In this document: piece after piece, positions 8,772 through 19,100 of the stretch
Position numbering within the stretch: the first letter of the stretch is position 1
How the letters are laid out: the number at the start of each line of letters is the position of its first letter
NCBI GenBank assembly: GCA_963731735.1
Contig: CAVSWO010000001.1
Span: forward strand, 761-64,760
Reading direction: 5' to 3'
DNA: 64,000 bases
Source: Candidatus Kerfeldbacteria bacterium
GTDB taxonomy: Bacteria; Patescibacteriota; Patescibacteriia; SBBC01; CAIJZX01
The notes under the pieces: model-generated
The model's input: the letters and a program-made list of their open reading frames with translations, nothing else
What the model was told of the DNA's origin: nothing
Databases searched by the model: none
Translations under genes and position numbers: made by a program

Positions 8772-10566
8772 ATCCACTCGGTATGTTTTTGTGATGGGCG
8801 GCGTCTTGTCAGGTCTCGGCAAGGGGATTGCCGTATCTTCCATCGGCCGATTGCTCAGCAGTCTCGGTTATCGGGTCTCGGCCATGAAAATTGATCCGTA
8901 TATTAATGTTGACGCCGGCACCATGAACCCGACCGAGCATGGTGAAGTCTTTGTGACCCAGGATGGCCTCGAAACTGATCAGGACATTGGCAACTACGAA
9001 CGCTTCCTGGATACGGCCCTGACCCGTGACAGTTACATGACCACCGGGCAAGTCTACCTGTCAGTGATTGAGCGTGAACGGGCTTTGCAGTATCGGGGAA
9101 AATGCGTCGAAGTCGTTCCGCATGTGCCGGAGGAGGTGATCCGTCGGATCGAACGGGCGGCCGCGAAGAACCGGGCCGAAATCCAATTGGTCGAAATCGG
9201 CGGTACGGTCGGCGAGTATCAAAATCTCCTGTTTCTGGAAGCCGCCCGGATGATGCATTTACGCCAACCGGGACTGGTTCAATTTATTCTGGTCAGTTAT
9301 TTACCAATCCCGTCGCCGCTGGGGGAGATGAAAACCAAGCCGACACAATACGCCACCCGGACCCTCAATTCAGCCGGCATCCAGCCCGACTTTATCCTCG
9401 GCCGGTCGGCCCAGCCGCTGGATCAGCCCCGCAAAGAGCGGCTATCAATTTTTTGCAATATGCATCCCGGCGATATCATTTCGGCGCCGGATGTCAAAAC
9501 GATTTACGAAGTCCCGTTGAATTTCGCCAAGGAGCGGCTGGCCGAAAAAATCCTGCAGAAATTTGGCTTGCAGCCACGAACCAAGGACATGGTAGCATGG
9601 CGGCGCTTCGTCCGGCGCGCCAAGAAACCAACGGGCCAGCTCCGGATCGGCCTGGTCGGCAAATATTTTCAAACCGGAAGCTTTACCTTGGCGGATTCTT
9701 ACGTCTCGGTGATTGAGGCCATCAAGCATGCCGCCTGGTCGCTTGGGCTACAACCCGAATTGACGTGGCTGAATGCTGAACAATTCGAACGGCATCCGGC
9801 TCGGGTCAAGCAGCTGGCGGATTTTGACGGCGTGATTGTGCCCGGTGGGTTCGGTCGCCGCGGCGTGGAAGGTATCATCACCGCCATTGAATATTGCCGA
9901 ATCCAGCGGGTGCCATACTTGGGATTATGTTACGGCTTGCAATTGGCGGCCGTAGAATTTGCCCGTCACGTCCTCAAAAAATCACGCGCCCATACCACCG
10001 AAGTCAATCCAAAAACGCCTGATCCGGTCGTCGATGTCATGCCTGAGCAAGCCGAGCATGTTGACCGGCAAACGCTGGGCGGGACGATGCGGCTGGGGAC
10101 CTACCGCTGTCAGCTCACGGCCGGGACGCGCGTGGCGGACGCCTACGGCGTTCGGGTGATCGGTGAGCGACATCGCCATCGCTACGAGTTCAATAATTCC
10201 TACCGACAAAAATTTTCCGAGGCCGGCATGGTGGTGGCCGGTCGCGAACCGCAGCGCGGATTAGTCGAAATCTTGGAGGTCCGCGATCATCCGTGGTTCG
10301 TCGGGACGCAGTTTCATCCGGAATTTCTTTCGCACCCGCTCAAACCACACCCGCTGTTTGTCGGCTTTTTGCGAGCCGCAAAAAAACGGCTGGCCAGCCG
10401 TCAGTCCGGTCAACACCTTAAGCAGGTTAGCGAACGTGTACCACCCGCCGCATCACGCGCCGGCCGTCGTAGCGGAGCTTCGACTTCCGTTCAAAAGCCA
10501 CCACGCCGTTCGCGGTCGCGAACAACGTATCGTCGCCGCCGCGCTGGACATTCTGACCCGGAATAA
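8764..10566 (+). CDS. pyrG: CTP synthase (C-terminally extended)
   Basis: [44 protein letters not shown] and QFHPEF motifs. Confidence 0.96.
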   Translation: MAKSTRYVFVMGGVLSGLGKGIAVSSIGRLLSSLGYRVSAMKIDPYINVDAGTMNPTEHGEVFVTQDGLETDQDIGNYERFLDTALTRDSYMTTGQVYLSVIERERALQYRGKCVEVVPHVPEEVIRRIERAAAKNRAEIQLVEIGGTVGEYQNLLFLEAARMMHLRQPGLVQFILVSYLPIPSPLGEMKTKPTQYATRTLNSAGIQPDFILGRSAQPLDQPRKERLSIFCNMHPGDIISAPDVKTIYEVPLNFAKERLAEKILQKFGLQPRTKDMVAWRRFVRRAKKPTGQLRIGLVGKYFQTGSFTLADSYVSVIEAIKHAAWSLGLQPELTWLNAEQFERHPARVKQLADFDGVIVPGGFGRRGVEGIITAIEYCRIQRVPYLGLCYGLQLAAVEFARHVLKKSRAHTTEVNPKTPDPVVDVMPEQAEHVDRQTLGGTMRLGTYRCQLTAGTRVADAYGVRVIGERHRHRYEFNNSYRQKFSEAGMVVAGREPQRGLVEILEVRDHPWFVGTQFHPEFLSHPLKPHPLFVGFLRAAKKRLASRQSGQHLKQVSERVPPAASRAGRRSGASTSVQKPPRRSRSRTTYRRRRAGHSDPE

Positions 10567-10699
10567 ACCGGGCGCCGCGTTGGCGGACTAAAATATTACC
10601 GGCTTTGGCGCGCTGGCCGGCAAAGAGTTTGACGCCGAGTCGTTTGCTTTGGGAATCGCGGCCAAGATTTGTGGAGCCGCCGGATTTAGTATGGGCCAT
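10427..10699 (-). CDS. rpmA: 50S ribosomal protein L27
   Basis: [31 protein letters not shown] and GGDDTLFA motifs. Confidence 0.96.
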   Translation of the reverse strand: MAHTKSGGSTNLGRDSQSKRLGVKLFAGQRAKAGNILVRQRGARFIPGQNVQRGGDDTLFATANGVVAFERKSKLRYDGRRVMRRVVHVR

Positions 10700-10719
10700 A
10701 GGTCAGAAATTGCTCAGCC

Positions 10720-10748
10720 AGTGTACAGATTCCCGGCTAGCCTGTCAA
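10720..10748 (-). promoter_or_regulatory. sigma70 promoter for rpmA
   Basis: TTGACA-17 bp-TACACT on the minus strand. Confidence 0.65.
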
Positions 10749-10750
10749 GT

Positions 10751-11020
10751 CTAGGAGCTGGGGCTGCTGGCGGCTGGAAAAATATTGGCTGAAACCGCCG
10801 GAATTTTCGAAAAACTTTTCGGCGCGGCCAGGGCTTGATTGAACGAATCGAGCTTAGCTTGATTGACTTCGGTCTGGCGGGCTGCCACGAAAGCGCTATC
10901 CAGCGTTTGATCGAAGACCAGACTTTGCATCTCCCAGGCCATCCAGGCCAACAACAGTAAACCGACCACGACTGCCAAGGCGTTCGGTCGACGATTGAGA
11001 AGTTGTTTCAGTAGGCGCAT
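10751..11020 (-). CDS. Small single-TM protein at the end of the pil operon
   Basis: 89 aa with N-terminal TM; 4 bp downstream of the pilO-like gene. Confidence 0.6.
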   Translation of the reverse strand: MRLLKQLLNRRPNALAVVVGLLLLAWMAWEMQSLVFDQTLDSAFVAARQTEVNQAKLDSFNQALAAPKSFSKIPAVSANIFPAASSPSS

Positions 11021-11024
11021 AGGT

Positions 11025-11549
11025 TTATTGCCAAATAGTCGTCGCGTTGACTGACGCGGTAATCGCTGAATCGGCGCCTGGTTGGAGGGTCACCGATTGG
11101 ATGGCGATCAACGGCTGCGTCGTTTGAATGGCTCGCAGACTGTCCAGCACATCCGACAGCGCACCGCTGATGCTGAGGACTACGGTCCGGGCCACCGGTT
11201 GGGTACCGGGTACCACGTCCGCCACGTTTGAAAGTTCAACCGTCACGTGATGGGCCGGGCCAAAGCTGTCCCAACGCGTAAAAAATGACTCTTCATCAGC
11301 AAATTTCCAAATTTGGGAATTCAGGTCCTGTTGCTGTTGACTCAAGGTGGTTAACTGGCGTTTCAACGCTTGAAGATTCATTTGCTGATCGGACACGTAG
11401 GCGGCGTTGGCCCGGGTGTTATCAATTGAGGTTCGTAAGGTTTGTAAACCCGGAAGTTGGATGATAAAAAATGCAAACAATCCAACCACGGCCAGACCAC
11501 CGATGCCGGCGAGCCCAATCATCAGAGATTGTTGACGGGAAATTTTCAT
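11025..11549 (-). CDS. pilO: Type IV pilus PilO-like protein
   Basis: TM, coiled coil and ferredoxin-like C-terminus; follows pilN. Confidence 0.65.
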   Translation of the reverse strand: MKISRQQSLMIGLAGIGGLAVVGLFAFFIIQLPGLQTLRTSIDNTRANAAYVSDQQMNLQALKRQLTTLSQQQQDLNSQIWKFADEESFFTRWDSFGPAHHVTVELSNVADVVPGTQPVARTVVLSISGALSDVLDSLRAIQTTQPLIAIQSVTLQPGADSAITASVNATTIWQ

Positions 11550-12091
11550 GAGGCTGGAGGGGTTTGAAAAGTGGCGGTGTAGTGAAACGGCAACGCTTCT
11601 CGGCGACTGGCCTGTGAATCGGTTTGGACATTTTTCAGGTGCGGCTCTTGCTTCAGCAACGTGTCCAAACTGATAAAATCCGCTCGAGTTTGGGCCGTCC
11701 CGCTATAGCTGATATCACCGGCCAGATTGAGGGTCAGTTGCTCGAGCGTGACGTTGGCGGGGAGGAGGTTCAAAGCGGTGGCGATATCGCCGGCCCAATC
11801 ACGATTGGTGGGCAGGGCGGTGGCCAGCGGGGTAATGGTGTTATTCAGCGTGCGAATTTGGTTGGTGATTGTTCCAATCTCCGAATTGGCTGATTGGCGC
11901 TGCAATTGCTCAAGCGATTGCTGGGCTGACGATTGTTTTCGGACCAGCCACTGATCGGCGGCCACGGCCAAGCCGTTGCCCACGAGCACAAAAATGACGA
12001 CCAGGCTGATCACCTTTCGCCACCGTAAAACAGTCGCCCGTTGGCGTAGGGCCTGTTTCCGCTCGGGGGGTAACAGATTTAGCCGGATCAT
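11546..12091 (-). CDS. pilN: Type IV pilus PilN-like protein
   Basis: IRLNLLP PilM-binding motif, TM, coiled coil. Confidence 0.8.
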   Translation of the reverse strand: MIRLNLLPPERKQALRQRATVLRWRKVISLVVIFVLVGNGLAVAADQWLVRKQSSAQQSLEQLQRQSANSEIGTITNQIRTLNNTITPLATALPTNRDWAGDIATALNLLPANVTLEQLTLNLAGDISYSGTAQTRADFISLDTLLKQEPHLKNVQTDSQASRREALPFHYTATFQTPPAS

Positions 12092-13125
12092 AGCGTTCCC
12101 TCAAAATTACTGAGTGCCAAACCGAAGGCGGTGGCATAGGTAAAACCAATCGACGGATCAAGATCATGGTCGTGTTGCCGGAGTTCTTCAGTAATCCAGG
12201 ACGGCTGAATCGTGACCGGTCGCTTGAGTCGCGCCTGGAGTTCCTGATCTATCATCCGCATCTGGGCGCCGCTGCCGGTGAGAAAAATCTGTTCAATCGG
12301 TTGATGACTGGTAACATGTTCATGATAAAACGTTTCAACCTCAGCGATTTTTTCAACCAAGTTGTCTAAAAATGGAGCCAGGACGGTCCGCAGCATGCCT
12401 TTCCCGCGGTTTGGATCCAAGCCAAAAATTTGTTTGGCTCGTTCGGCTTGTTCTTCGGTAATGTGCAGCTGTTCGGCGATAAATTTGTTCAATTCCGTGC
12501 CGGCATACCGGACGGTGGCTGAGAAAAGCACGAAGCCATGTTGAACCAAAATCAAAGTGGAACGGGTTCGGCCGAGATCAAGGATAATCGTGGCGTGATC
12601 ATGAATCGGTTTACGAAGGGTGCCGCGGGCAATGGCCACCGATTCAATTTCAATTCCCAAAGGCTCGATGTTACTTTCTTCCAGCACCGACAGATAGCCT
12701 TCCACAAAAGTTTTTGGAGCCGCTCCAATCAGGACCGAAGTATGTTCGTCAGCTTGGCCGGTGTGGACCGATTGCCAGTCGAAATAGACTTCGTCCCAGG
12801 CATACGGCAGGTGATGCATGGCTTCATCTTTGACGGCCTGGGAGAGACCATCGGCTCGGTTGTTCGGAATTTCAATCAATTTCAAAAAGGTGTGACGTTC
12901 GGGCAGTGAGACATAGGCCTCATGGTTCTTGATGCCGGCCGCCTTGAGTAACTGCTGCAAGAGGCGACTGACGCCTTTTGGATCGTGAATATCACCATCT
13001 TCGATCAGGCCGGACGGAACCGGTATTTCGCCCCGAATCGGCAAATACATACTCCGTCCCCGCCGCGTCAAGAGGGCCAGGCGGATCCAAGCGTCACTGA
13101 TGTCGAGTCCAAAAGCCGGATGCAT
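12088..13125 (-). CDS. pilM: Type IV pilus assembly protein PilM
   Basis: FGLDISD, ILDLGRTRS, IFLTGSGA and ATAFGLAL actin-like motifs. Confidence 0.9.
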   Translation of the reverse strand: MHPAFGLDISDAWIRLALLTRRGRSMYLPIRGEIPVPSGLIEDGDIHDPKGVSRLLQQLLKAAGIKNHEAYVSLPERHTFLKLIEIPNNRADGLSQAVKDEAMHHLPYAWDEVYFDWQSVHTGQADEHTSVLIGAAPKTFVEGYLSVLEESNIEPLGIEIESVAIARGTLRKPIHDHATIILDLGRTRSTLILVQHGFVLFSATVRYAGTELNKFIAEQLHITEEQAERAKQIFGLDPNRGKGMLRTVLAPFLDNLVEKIAEVETFYHEHVTSHQPIEQIFLTGSGAQMRMIDQELQARLKRPVTIQPSWITEELRQHDHDLDPSIGFTYATAFGLALSNFEGTL

Positions 13126-13128
13126 AGG

Positions 13129-14349
13129 TTAGTTAATTTGATCGGACAGCGAATAAATCGGCAACAAAATTGCCAGCGCCATGCCGGCCACGCCGGCTCC
13201 GAGGACCAGCAACAGGATTGGTTCAATAATCGTTGAAAGGTTTGACATGGTTTGATCAACTTCTTCCTCAAAAAAGACCGCCAATTCACCGGAGACTTCA
13301 TCTAAGGTTCCGCTTTCTTCCCCGACGTTGATCATTTGTTCGACCAGCGGGGGATAGAGGGCTGGGTATTGGCTCAGGACTTTACTAATGGTCGCCCCGC
13401 TGCGCAAGGCTTGGGCGGCTTGCTCCATCGATGCGCTATAGTGGGCGCTGCTCATGGTGCGGGAAATGATTTGGAAAGATTGAATAATCGGAATATCGGT
13501 TGAAAGCATCGAGCTTAAGCTTCGGGTAAACCGCGCCAGGTTTATTTTTTTAACTATCGGTCCGGCTACGGGCGCATGCAATAACAGGCTGTCGTAGAGC
13601 TGGCGGCCCCGCGGTTGGCGACCGAACCAGATCAGCAATACAACCAAGCCGATCAATCCTAGGCCAATCCAGATGCCCTGATGAATCAAGGTGTCGCTCA
13701 GCCAAATCAGAATGCGGGTCGGGAGCGGGAGCTGCGCGTTATTCTGTTGAAAAACCTCGAGCAATTTTGGGACCACAAAGGTAATCATGGCCACCCCGGC
13801 GCCGATCATGGCCACGATCACGACTATCGGATAGGTCATGGCTCCCTTGACCTTACTGACCAAGGCGTGATCTTTCTTCATTTGGACCGTCAAGTTTTTT
13901 AAGACCTCGTCGAGTTTTCCGCTGGATTCGCCGGCCGCGATCATATTCACAAACAGTTCCGGAAAAATTTTCGGATGTTTTTTCAAGGCTTGGGAAAAAT
14001 TCGTGCCGGCCTCAAGATCACTCTGCAAGGTCAGCAGCACTTTTTTAAAATATTTATGGCTGGTTTGAATCGCCAAGACGCCCATTGCCCGGCCGATCGA
14101 GAAACCGCCACGTAACATGACGCCTAAATTTTGCGTAAAGAAAATCTTTTGCACAACCGGCACGCCCTGCAGTCGCTCAAACCAGGAATTCAAATCTCGT
14201 TTACTCAAATCCGTGACACTCGAAGAGGTCAGGGTCAACTGCTGCTGAGCCTTTAATCCGGCCGCCAAATCTTTTTCGTTGGCAGCCACCAGATTGCCTT
14301 TGATGATTTTCCCAGCGGTGTTTTTAGCGGTGTATTGGTAGACCGGCAT
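13129..14349 (-). CDS. pilC: Type IV pilus platform protein (T2SS F family)
   Basis: MPVYQYTAKN, HPKIFP..GESSGKLD, GEESGTLD and IIEPILL motifs. Confidence 0.92.
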   Translation of the reverse strand: MPVYQYTAKNTAGKIIKGNLVAANEKDLAAGLKAQQQLTLTSSSVTDLSKRDLNSWFERLQGVPVVQKIFFTQNLGVMLRGGFSIGRAMGVLAIQTSHKYFKKVLLTLQSDLEAGTNFSQALKKHPKIFPELFVNMIAAGESSGKLDEVLKNLTVQMKKDHALVSKVKGAMTYPIVVIVAMIGAGVAMITFVVPKLLEVFQQNNAQLPLPTRILIWLSDTLIHQGIWIGLGLIGLVVLLIWFGRQPRGRQLYDSLLLHAPVAGPIVKKINLARFTRSLSSMLSTDIPIIQSFQIISRTMSSAHYSASMEQAAQALRSGATISKVLSQYPALYPPLVEQMINVGEESGTLDEVSGELAVFFEEEVDQTMSNLSTIIEPILLLVLGAGVAGMALAILLPIYSLSDQIN

Positions 14350-14352
14350 GGA

Positions 14353-16074
14353 TTATTCCTTGGTAACCCGGATAACTTCTTCAATCGTAGTCACGCCGGC
14401 CTTGGCCTTCAAGAATCCATCTTGGATTAAGGTGACCATGCCGTTCTTGATGGCCACCGCCTGCAAGTCGATGGCGGTCCCGTGTTCGAGAATCGTCTTG
14501 GCGATTTCCGGATTGATTTCCAACACCTCGTAAATCCCGATCCGCCCCTTGTAGCCATCGTTATTACAGCGCCGACAGCCACGGCCTCGGTAAAACAACA
14601 ATTCCTCGGCTTTCTGGCCTTTGACAATTTGTCCCTCCTGGACCAGCGTCTCGAGCAAGTATTGGACATTGATCTGTTTTTCTAACTGGGCGATGGCCTT
14701 GGAAGTCAGGGTGTAGCTTTCGATGCAATTCTGGCAAATCTTTCGAACCAACCGTTGGGCCACAATCAGGTTAGTGGTACTGGCGATCAGAAAGGCCGGC
14801 ACCTTCATTTCCGTTAAACGCGGTAAGACCGTCACGGCGTCGTTGGTGTGAATCGTGGCCAGCACCAGGTGGCCGGTCAGCGCGGCGTTGGCTGAAATTT
14901 CAGCCGTTTCTTCATCCCGAATTTCACCCACCATTATGATGTTCGGGTCTTGGCGCAACAAAGCCCGCAAGCCGGAAGCGAAGGTCATGCCAATTTTTGG
15001 ATTAACTTGGGTTTGGTTGACGCGCGGCATCCGATATTCAATCGGATCCTCGATCGTCGAGATGTTGACCTTGGGAGTATTGAGAATGTTTACGATGGTG
15101 TAGAGGGTGGTCGTTTTTCCGGAACCGGTCGGACCGCTGACGAAAATTTGTCCATGCGGCTTGATGATATTGCGCTTCACGATCGTTAAGTTTTTCTCCG
15201 AAAGACCGATTTGTTCGAGCGTCAAAACTTGCCCGGATTCGTTGAGCAGACGCAAGACCAGTTTTTCACCGTCGTAAACTGGGAGAATACTTACCCGAAA
15301 GGCGACGTTATAATCATCATTAGAAATTTTAAACCGTCCGTCTTGCGGTAAGCGATGCTCGTCGATTTTCAGATTGGCTAAGATTTTAATCCGGGCCACT
15401 ACGCCGGGCTGAACTTTTTTTGGTAGGGTCATGACTTCCCGCAAGACGCCGTCAATCCGGTAGCGAACGATGGTATCCTTTTCGGTTGGTTCAATGTGAA
15501 TGTCCGAAGCGCCTTCGAAAATCGCGTATTCAAGCAAGGTATCAACCACCCGGATGACCGGCACATCGGTGGCTAATTGTTTGAGGTCGGCTTCATTGTC
15601 GGCCCCTTCTTTGACTGTCGAAATATTTTCAAACTCAGCCTTTAATCCCTTGTGGTACTGCTTTAAAGCGGATTTGATGCCGGCCGGGGTGGTCAAATGA
15701 ATGACCGGCTTCAAGCCGGTTTTCTTGTCGATAAAATCGATGATTTGGAGGTCATCGGGATCGAGCATGGCCACTTTGACGCTGGTATCCGACTTGTCAA
15801 AGGTGACGACGTTATGCGACTGGATGATTGTTTCCGGCAGCAGGGTCAGGATATCGCGTCGAATGGTTTGGGCCGATATGTCGACAAAGGGGATTTTCCA
15901 GGCATTTGCCAACGTTTCGTACAACAATTCCTCGGTGACGAGATTCGAACCGGTTAATTCTTCAGCCAGGGAGATGTGTTTATCAGCCGCTTGACGGGCC
16001 GCGCCGTCAATTTGGTCTTCACTCAGCAGCTTATTATCCAGCAGGACTTGGCGAATTGATCGTTGATGTGGCAT
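14353..16074 (-). CDS. pilB: Type IV pilus extension ATPase (GspE/PulE family)
   Basis: ASDIHIEP, RLPQDGR, GPTGSGKTT, LRQDPNIIMVGEIRD and tetra-Cys motifs. Confidence 0.93.
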   Translation of the reverse strand: MPHQRSIRQVLLDNKLLSEDQIDGAARQAADKHISLAEELTGSNLVTEELLYETLANAWKIPFVDISAQTIRRDILTLLPETIIQSHNVVTFDKSDTSVKVAMLDPDDLQIIDFIDKKTGLKPVIHLTTPAGIKSALKQYHKGLKAEFENISTVKEGADNEADLKQLATDVPVIRVVDTLLEYAIFEGASDIHIEPTEKDTIVRYRIDGVLREVMTLPKKVQPGVVARIKILANLKIDEHRLPQDGRFKISNDDYNVAFRVSILPVYDGEKLVLRLLNESGQVLTLEQIGLSEKNLTIVKRNIIKPHGQIFVSGPTGSGKTTTLYTIVNILNTPKVNISTIEDPIEYRMPRVNQTQVNPKIGMTFASGLRALLRQDPNIIMVGEIRDEETAEISANAALTGHLVLATIHTNDAVTVLPRLTEMKVPAFLIASTTNLIVAQRLVRKICQNCIESYTLTSKAIAQLEKQINVQYLLETLVQEGQIVKGQKAEELLFYRGRGCRRCNNDGYKGRIGIYEVLEINPEIAKTILEHGTAIDLQAVAIKNGMVTLIQDGFLKAKAGVTTIEEVIRVTKE

Positions 16075-16106
16075 TTTGTCTTGGATTTTCGCTTGAAAGC
16101 GAAACT

Positions 16107-16135
16107 ATTATAGCAAAATTGCCTATGGAGGTCAA
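16107..16135 (-). promoter_or_regulatory. sigma70 promoter for the pil operon
   Basis: TTGACC-17 bp-TATAAT with TGn extension on the minus strand; leader hairpin TTTCGC..GCGAAA. Confidence 0.7.
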
Positions 16136-16180
16136 CGTGCCTGGCGGGGGTGTCCGCCGAAATTATCAGCCGAAAAGAAA

Positions 16181-16209
16181 TTGACGCTCTGCAGACAGCC
16201 AGATACACT
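16181..16209 (+). promoter_or_regulatory. Divergent sigma70 promoter for the dcw genes
   Basis: TTGACG-17 bp-TACACT. Confidence 0.6.
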
Positions 16210-16244
16210 ACCAGCAACGTAATTTCGGTAGGTAAGTAATTTTG

Positions 16245-16622
16245 ATGCAAATCTTTCCGCGAGTCTTTCAGAGTGGCTTTCGGGCTGCCTGGGCAGACCG
16301 CGTTGTTCGGTGGCTCAGTATCCTGAGTGTCGCGGTGCTGGCGGCTGAGTGGGGGTTAGTGACTTGGGCGGTGCCGCGCGGCGGTCAATTTTTACCGATC
16401 CACTACACCGTCTATTTCGGCATTGATTTGACCGGCGCCTGGAATCGGCTGCTGATGATTCCGATCGCGGCAACGGCAATTTTTCTCTGGCATTTGATCG
16501 TTAGTGGCTGGCGGAATGACCAGGTTTGGCGGCGAACGTGGGTGCTGCTCGGTCTGATCCTCGTCATGTTACTGGCGCTTGGGTTAGGTGCCATTTGGTT
16601 TAATCATATTCATCACTCGTGA
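16245..16622 (+). CDS. 3-TM hypothetical membrane protein (DUF1648-like)
   Basis: LPIHYTVYFGIDLTG loop between TMs; coupled to mraY. Confidence 0.65.
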   Translation: MQIFPRVFQSGFRAAWADRVVRWLSILSVAVLAAEWGLVTWAVPRGGQFLPIHYTVYFGIDLTGAWNRLLMIPIAATAIFLWHLIVSGWRNDQVWRRTWVLLGLILVMLLALGLGAIWFNHIHHS

Positions 16623-17659
16623 CCGATACCATTACACAACTCTTCATCCTGCTGGTCGTTAGTTCCCTGGTCAGCGCGGCTATCACGCCGGCCTTAACTA
16701 ATTTTCTCTATCGACACCGGCTCGGTAAACAAATTCGGGATGCCCGGGAAACGCCGATCTATAGCGCCCTGCACGCCAAAAAATCAGGCACGCCCACCAT
16801 GGGCGGGATAATTATCTGGGGCACCACCTTGGCCATCACGGTCGGGGCTTGGGTATTAGCCGAGATCGTACCGACCGGATTTTGGCATCAGATTAATTTT
16901 TGGTCCCGGGCGGAAACCTATTTACCAATCGCCGCGCTGCTGGGAGCGGCCGTGATTGGACTGGTCGACGATTTCTACAATGTTCGTCAACGGGGCGCCC
17001 ACGGCGGCGGCTTACGAGCCCGCCATCGGTTACTGCTCTACACGATCATCGCGGTGATTGGTGCCTGGTGGTTTACGCTGAAACTTGATTGGACCACGTT
17101 GCATGTCCCGTTTGTCGGAAGTTTTGATATCGGCTTCTGGTATTTCCCGATTTTTATTCTGGTGATTGTGGCTACCTCGTTTTCCCTGAACAACGCCGAT
17201 GGTTTGGATGGACTCTCTGGCGGGTTTACGCTGGCGGCCCTGGCGGCCTACATGGCGATTGCCTTCAGTCAGGGTAAAGTCGAGCTGGCTTCTTTGATCG
17301 CGGTGCTGATCGGGAGCTTGATAACATTTTTATGGTTCAATATCCCGCCGGCTCGATTTTTTATGGGTGATACTGGGTCGATGTCCCTTGGGGTGACGCT
17401 CGGGGTGATTGCAATGCTGACCAACACGGCTTTGCTCTTGCCAATTATCGCGCTCCCGCTGGTGATTGAGTCGGTTTCTATACTACTGCAGTTATTTTGG
17501 CGGCGGGTTTTCCATCGCAAACTGTTGCTGTCCGCTCCGTTGCACCATCATTTGGAAGCCAAGGGCTGGAGCGAACCGAAAATTGTCATGCGTTCCTGGT
17601 TGATCGGCGCGTTGACCGCGGTAGCCGGTTTGATCCTCTTTTTTATCGACCACTCATAA
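16619..17659 (+). CDS. mraY: Phospho-N-acetylmuramoyl-pentapeptide transferase
   Basis: KSGTPTMGG, GLVDD, DGLDGL, FMGDTGS and APLHHHLE motifs. Confidence 0.96.
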   Translation: MTDTITQLFILLVVSSLVSAAITPALTNFLYRHRLGKQIRDARETPIYSALHAKKSGTPTMGGIIIWGTTLAITVGAWVLAEIVPTGFWHQINFWSRAETYLPIAALLGAAVIGLVDDFYNVRQRGAHGGGLRARHRLLLYTIIAVIGAWWFTLKLDWTTLHVPFVGSFDIGFWYFPIFILVIVATSFSLNNADGLDGLSGGFTLAALAAYMAIAFSQGKVELASLIAVLIGSLITFLWFNIPPARFFMGDTGSMSLGVTLGVIAMLTNTALLLPIIALPLVIESVSILLQLFWRRVFHRKLLLSAPLHHHLEAKGWSEPKIVMRSWLIGALTAVAGLILFFIDHS

Positions 17660-17705
17660 CGTTTCCGCCTTGTTTCCAAGGTGATTTTATGGTATAATCT
17701 GGCGG

Positions 17706-19100
17706 ATGAAGAATGCCATGACGGATGTTCGCGGACAGCGAGTGCTGGTGGTTGGCCTGGGATTGCATGGTGGCGGGGTGAGCGCCGTCCGCTGGCTAAA
17801 CCGCCACGGGGCAGACGTCCGGGTCACAGATCTGCGATCCGCCAGTCAGCTGCGGCCGAGCCTCAAACGTCTGCCGAAAACACGTATGCAGACCATCCTT
17901 GGGAAACATCGCTGGGCAGATTTTGCCTGGGCTGATTGTATTTATCAAAATCAAGGCGTGCCCAATACACAGCCGTTGATTGTACGAGCCAAGCGGCACG
18001 GCATTCCAATCGTGAATGAGGCCAGTCTTTTTTTTGCACGCTGCCCGGCTCGGATTATCGGCGTGACCGGAACGCGGGGAAAATCCAGCACCACCGCCCT
18101 GCTCGGCGCGATGTTGTCCAAACAATTCAGCCGCGTATTTGTATCCGGAAATATTCGGCAACAGCCGATGTTAGACATTTTGGACAAATTGCGAAAAACG
18201 GATACGGTCGTGCTTGAACTGTCATCGTTTCAATTAGAACACTTGGCCGCCGTCCAACGCAGTCCGGAGATCGCCGTTTTTACCAATTTACTGGTTGATC
18301 ATCTCAATCGTTACCGATCCATGCAGGCGTACGGGCAAGCTAAAGCCAACATCTTGGCCTGGCAACAAGCCGGGGATACGGCCGTGCTCAACCACGAATC
18401 AGCCGGAGTGCGCAAGCTGGCCGACCGGGTTCGGAGCCAGCGAGTCTGGTTTTTTCCGAGCGGCCGGCCAACTCAATCGGGTTTTGGTTGGGACGGAGAC
18501 AGGTTGGTTGAACGCCGAGGTCGGCGAGTGACGAAGCGGTTGGGAGTCTCGCGGAAGCTGGCACCGGGTAATCACCAACGAGCAAACATCCTGGCCGCGG
18601 TGGCGGCTGCGCGCGCGGCCGGAGCAAACTGGACGGCTGTCCAGGCCGGCCTGCGCGGTTTTCGCGGCTTACCGCACCGGCAGCAAGTTGTGCGACGCTG
18701 GCGCGGGCACACCTGGGTAAATGACACGACTGCTACCACGCCGGATGGCACGTTGGCGGCGCTGGATGTCTATCCATCCGGATTGTTTATCGTTGGCGGG
18801 ACCGACAAGCAGTTATCGTTTACCCGACTGGCCAAAGTATTGGCTAAGCGCAAGACCAATCTCATTTTTTTACCCGGCTCAGCCACGAAAAAATTACTGA
18901 CCGCTTTGCGTCAGGTCAAATGGCGCGGACAGGGGTGGCCAGTCAATAGCATGGCCGAAGCAGTCCAGCGAGCCCATCGAGAAGTCCAGCCGGGCCAAAC
19001 CGTGGTCCTCAGTCCAGGCGCGGCCAGTTTCGGACTTTTCAAACATGAATTTGATCGTGGTGATCAATTTATCCGAAAGGTGAAGGGGTTGCGATCATGA
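17706..19100 (+). CDS. murD: UDP-N-acetylmuramoyl-L-alanine--D-glutamate ligase
   Basis: GVTGTRGKSST, LELSSFQL, DHLNRY and LSPGAASF motifs; TTGTTT-17-TATAAT promoter 7 nt upstream. Confidence 0.94.
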   Translation: MKNAMTDVRGQRVLVVGLGLHGGGVSAVRWLNRHGADVRVTDLRSASQLRPSLKRLPKTRMQTILGKHRWADFAWADCIYQNQGVPNTQPLIVRAKRHGIPIVNEASLFFARCPARIIGVTGTRGKSSTTALLGAMLSKQFSRVFVSGNIRQQPMLDILDKLRKTDTVVLELSSFQLEHLAAVQRSPEIAVFTNLLVDHLNRYRSMQAYGQAKANILAWQQAGDTAVLNHESAGVRKLADRVRSQRVWFFPSGRPTQSGFGWDGDRLVERRGRRVTKRLGVSRKLAPGNHQRANILAAVAAARAAGANWTAVQAGLRGFRGLPHRQQVVRRWRGHTWVNDTTATTPDGTLAALDVYPSGLFIVGGTDKQLSFTRLAKVLAKRKTNLIFLPGSATKKLLTALRQVKWRGQGWPVNSMAEAVQRAHREVQPGQTVVLSPGAASFGLFKHEFDRGDQFIRKVKGLRS

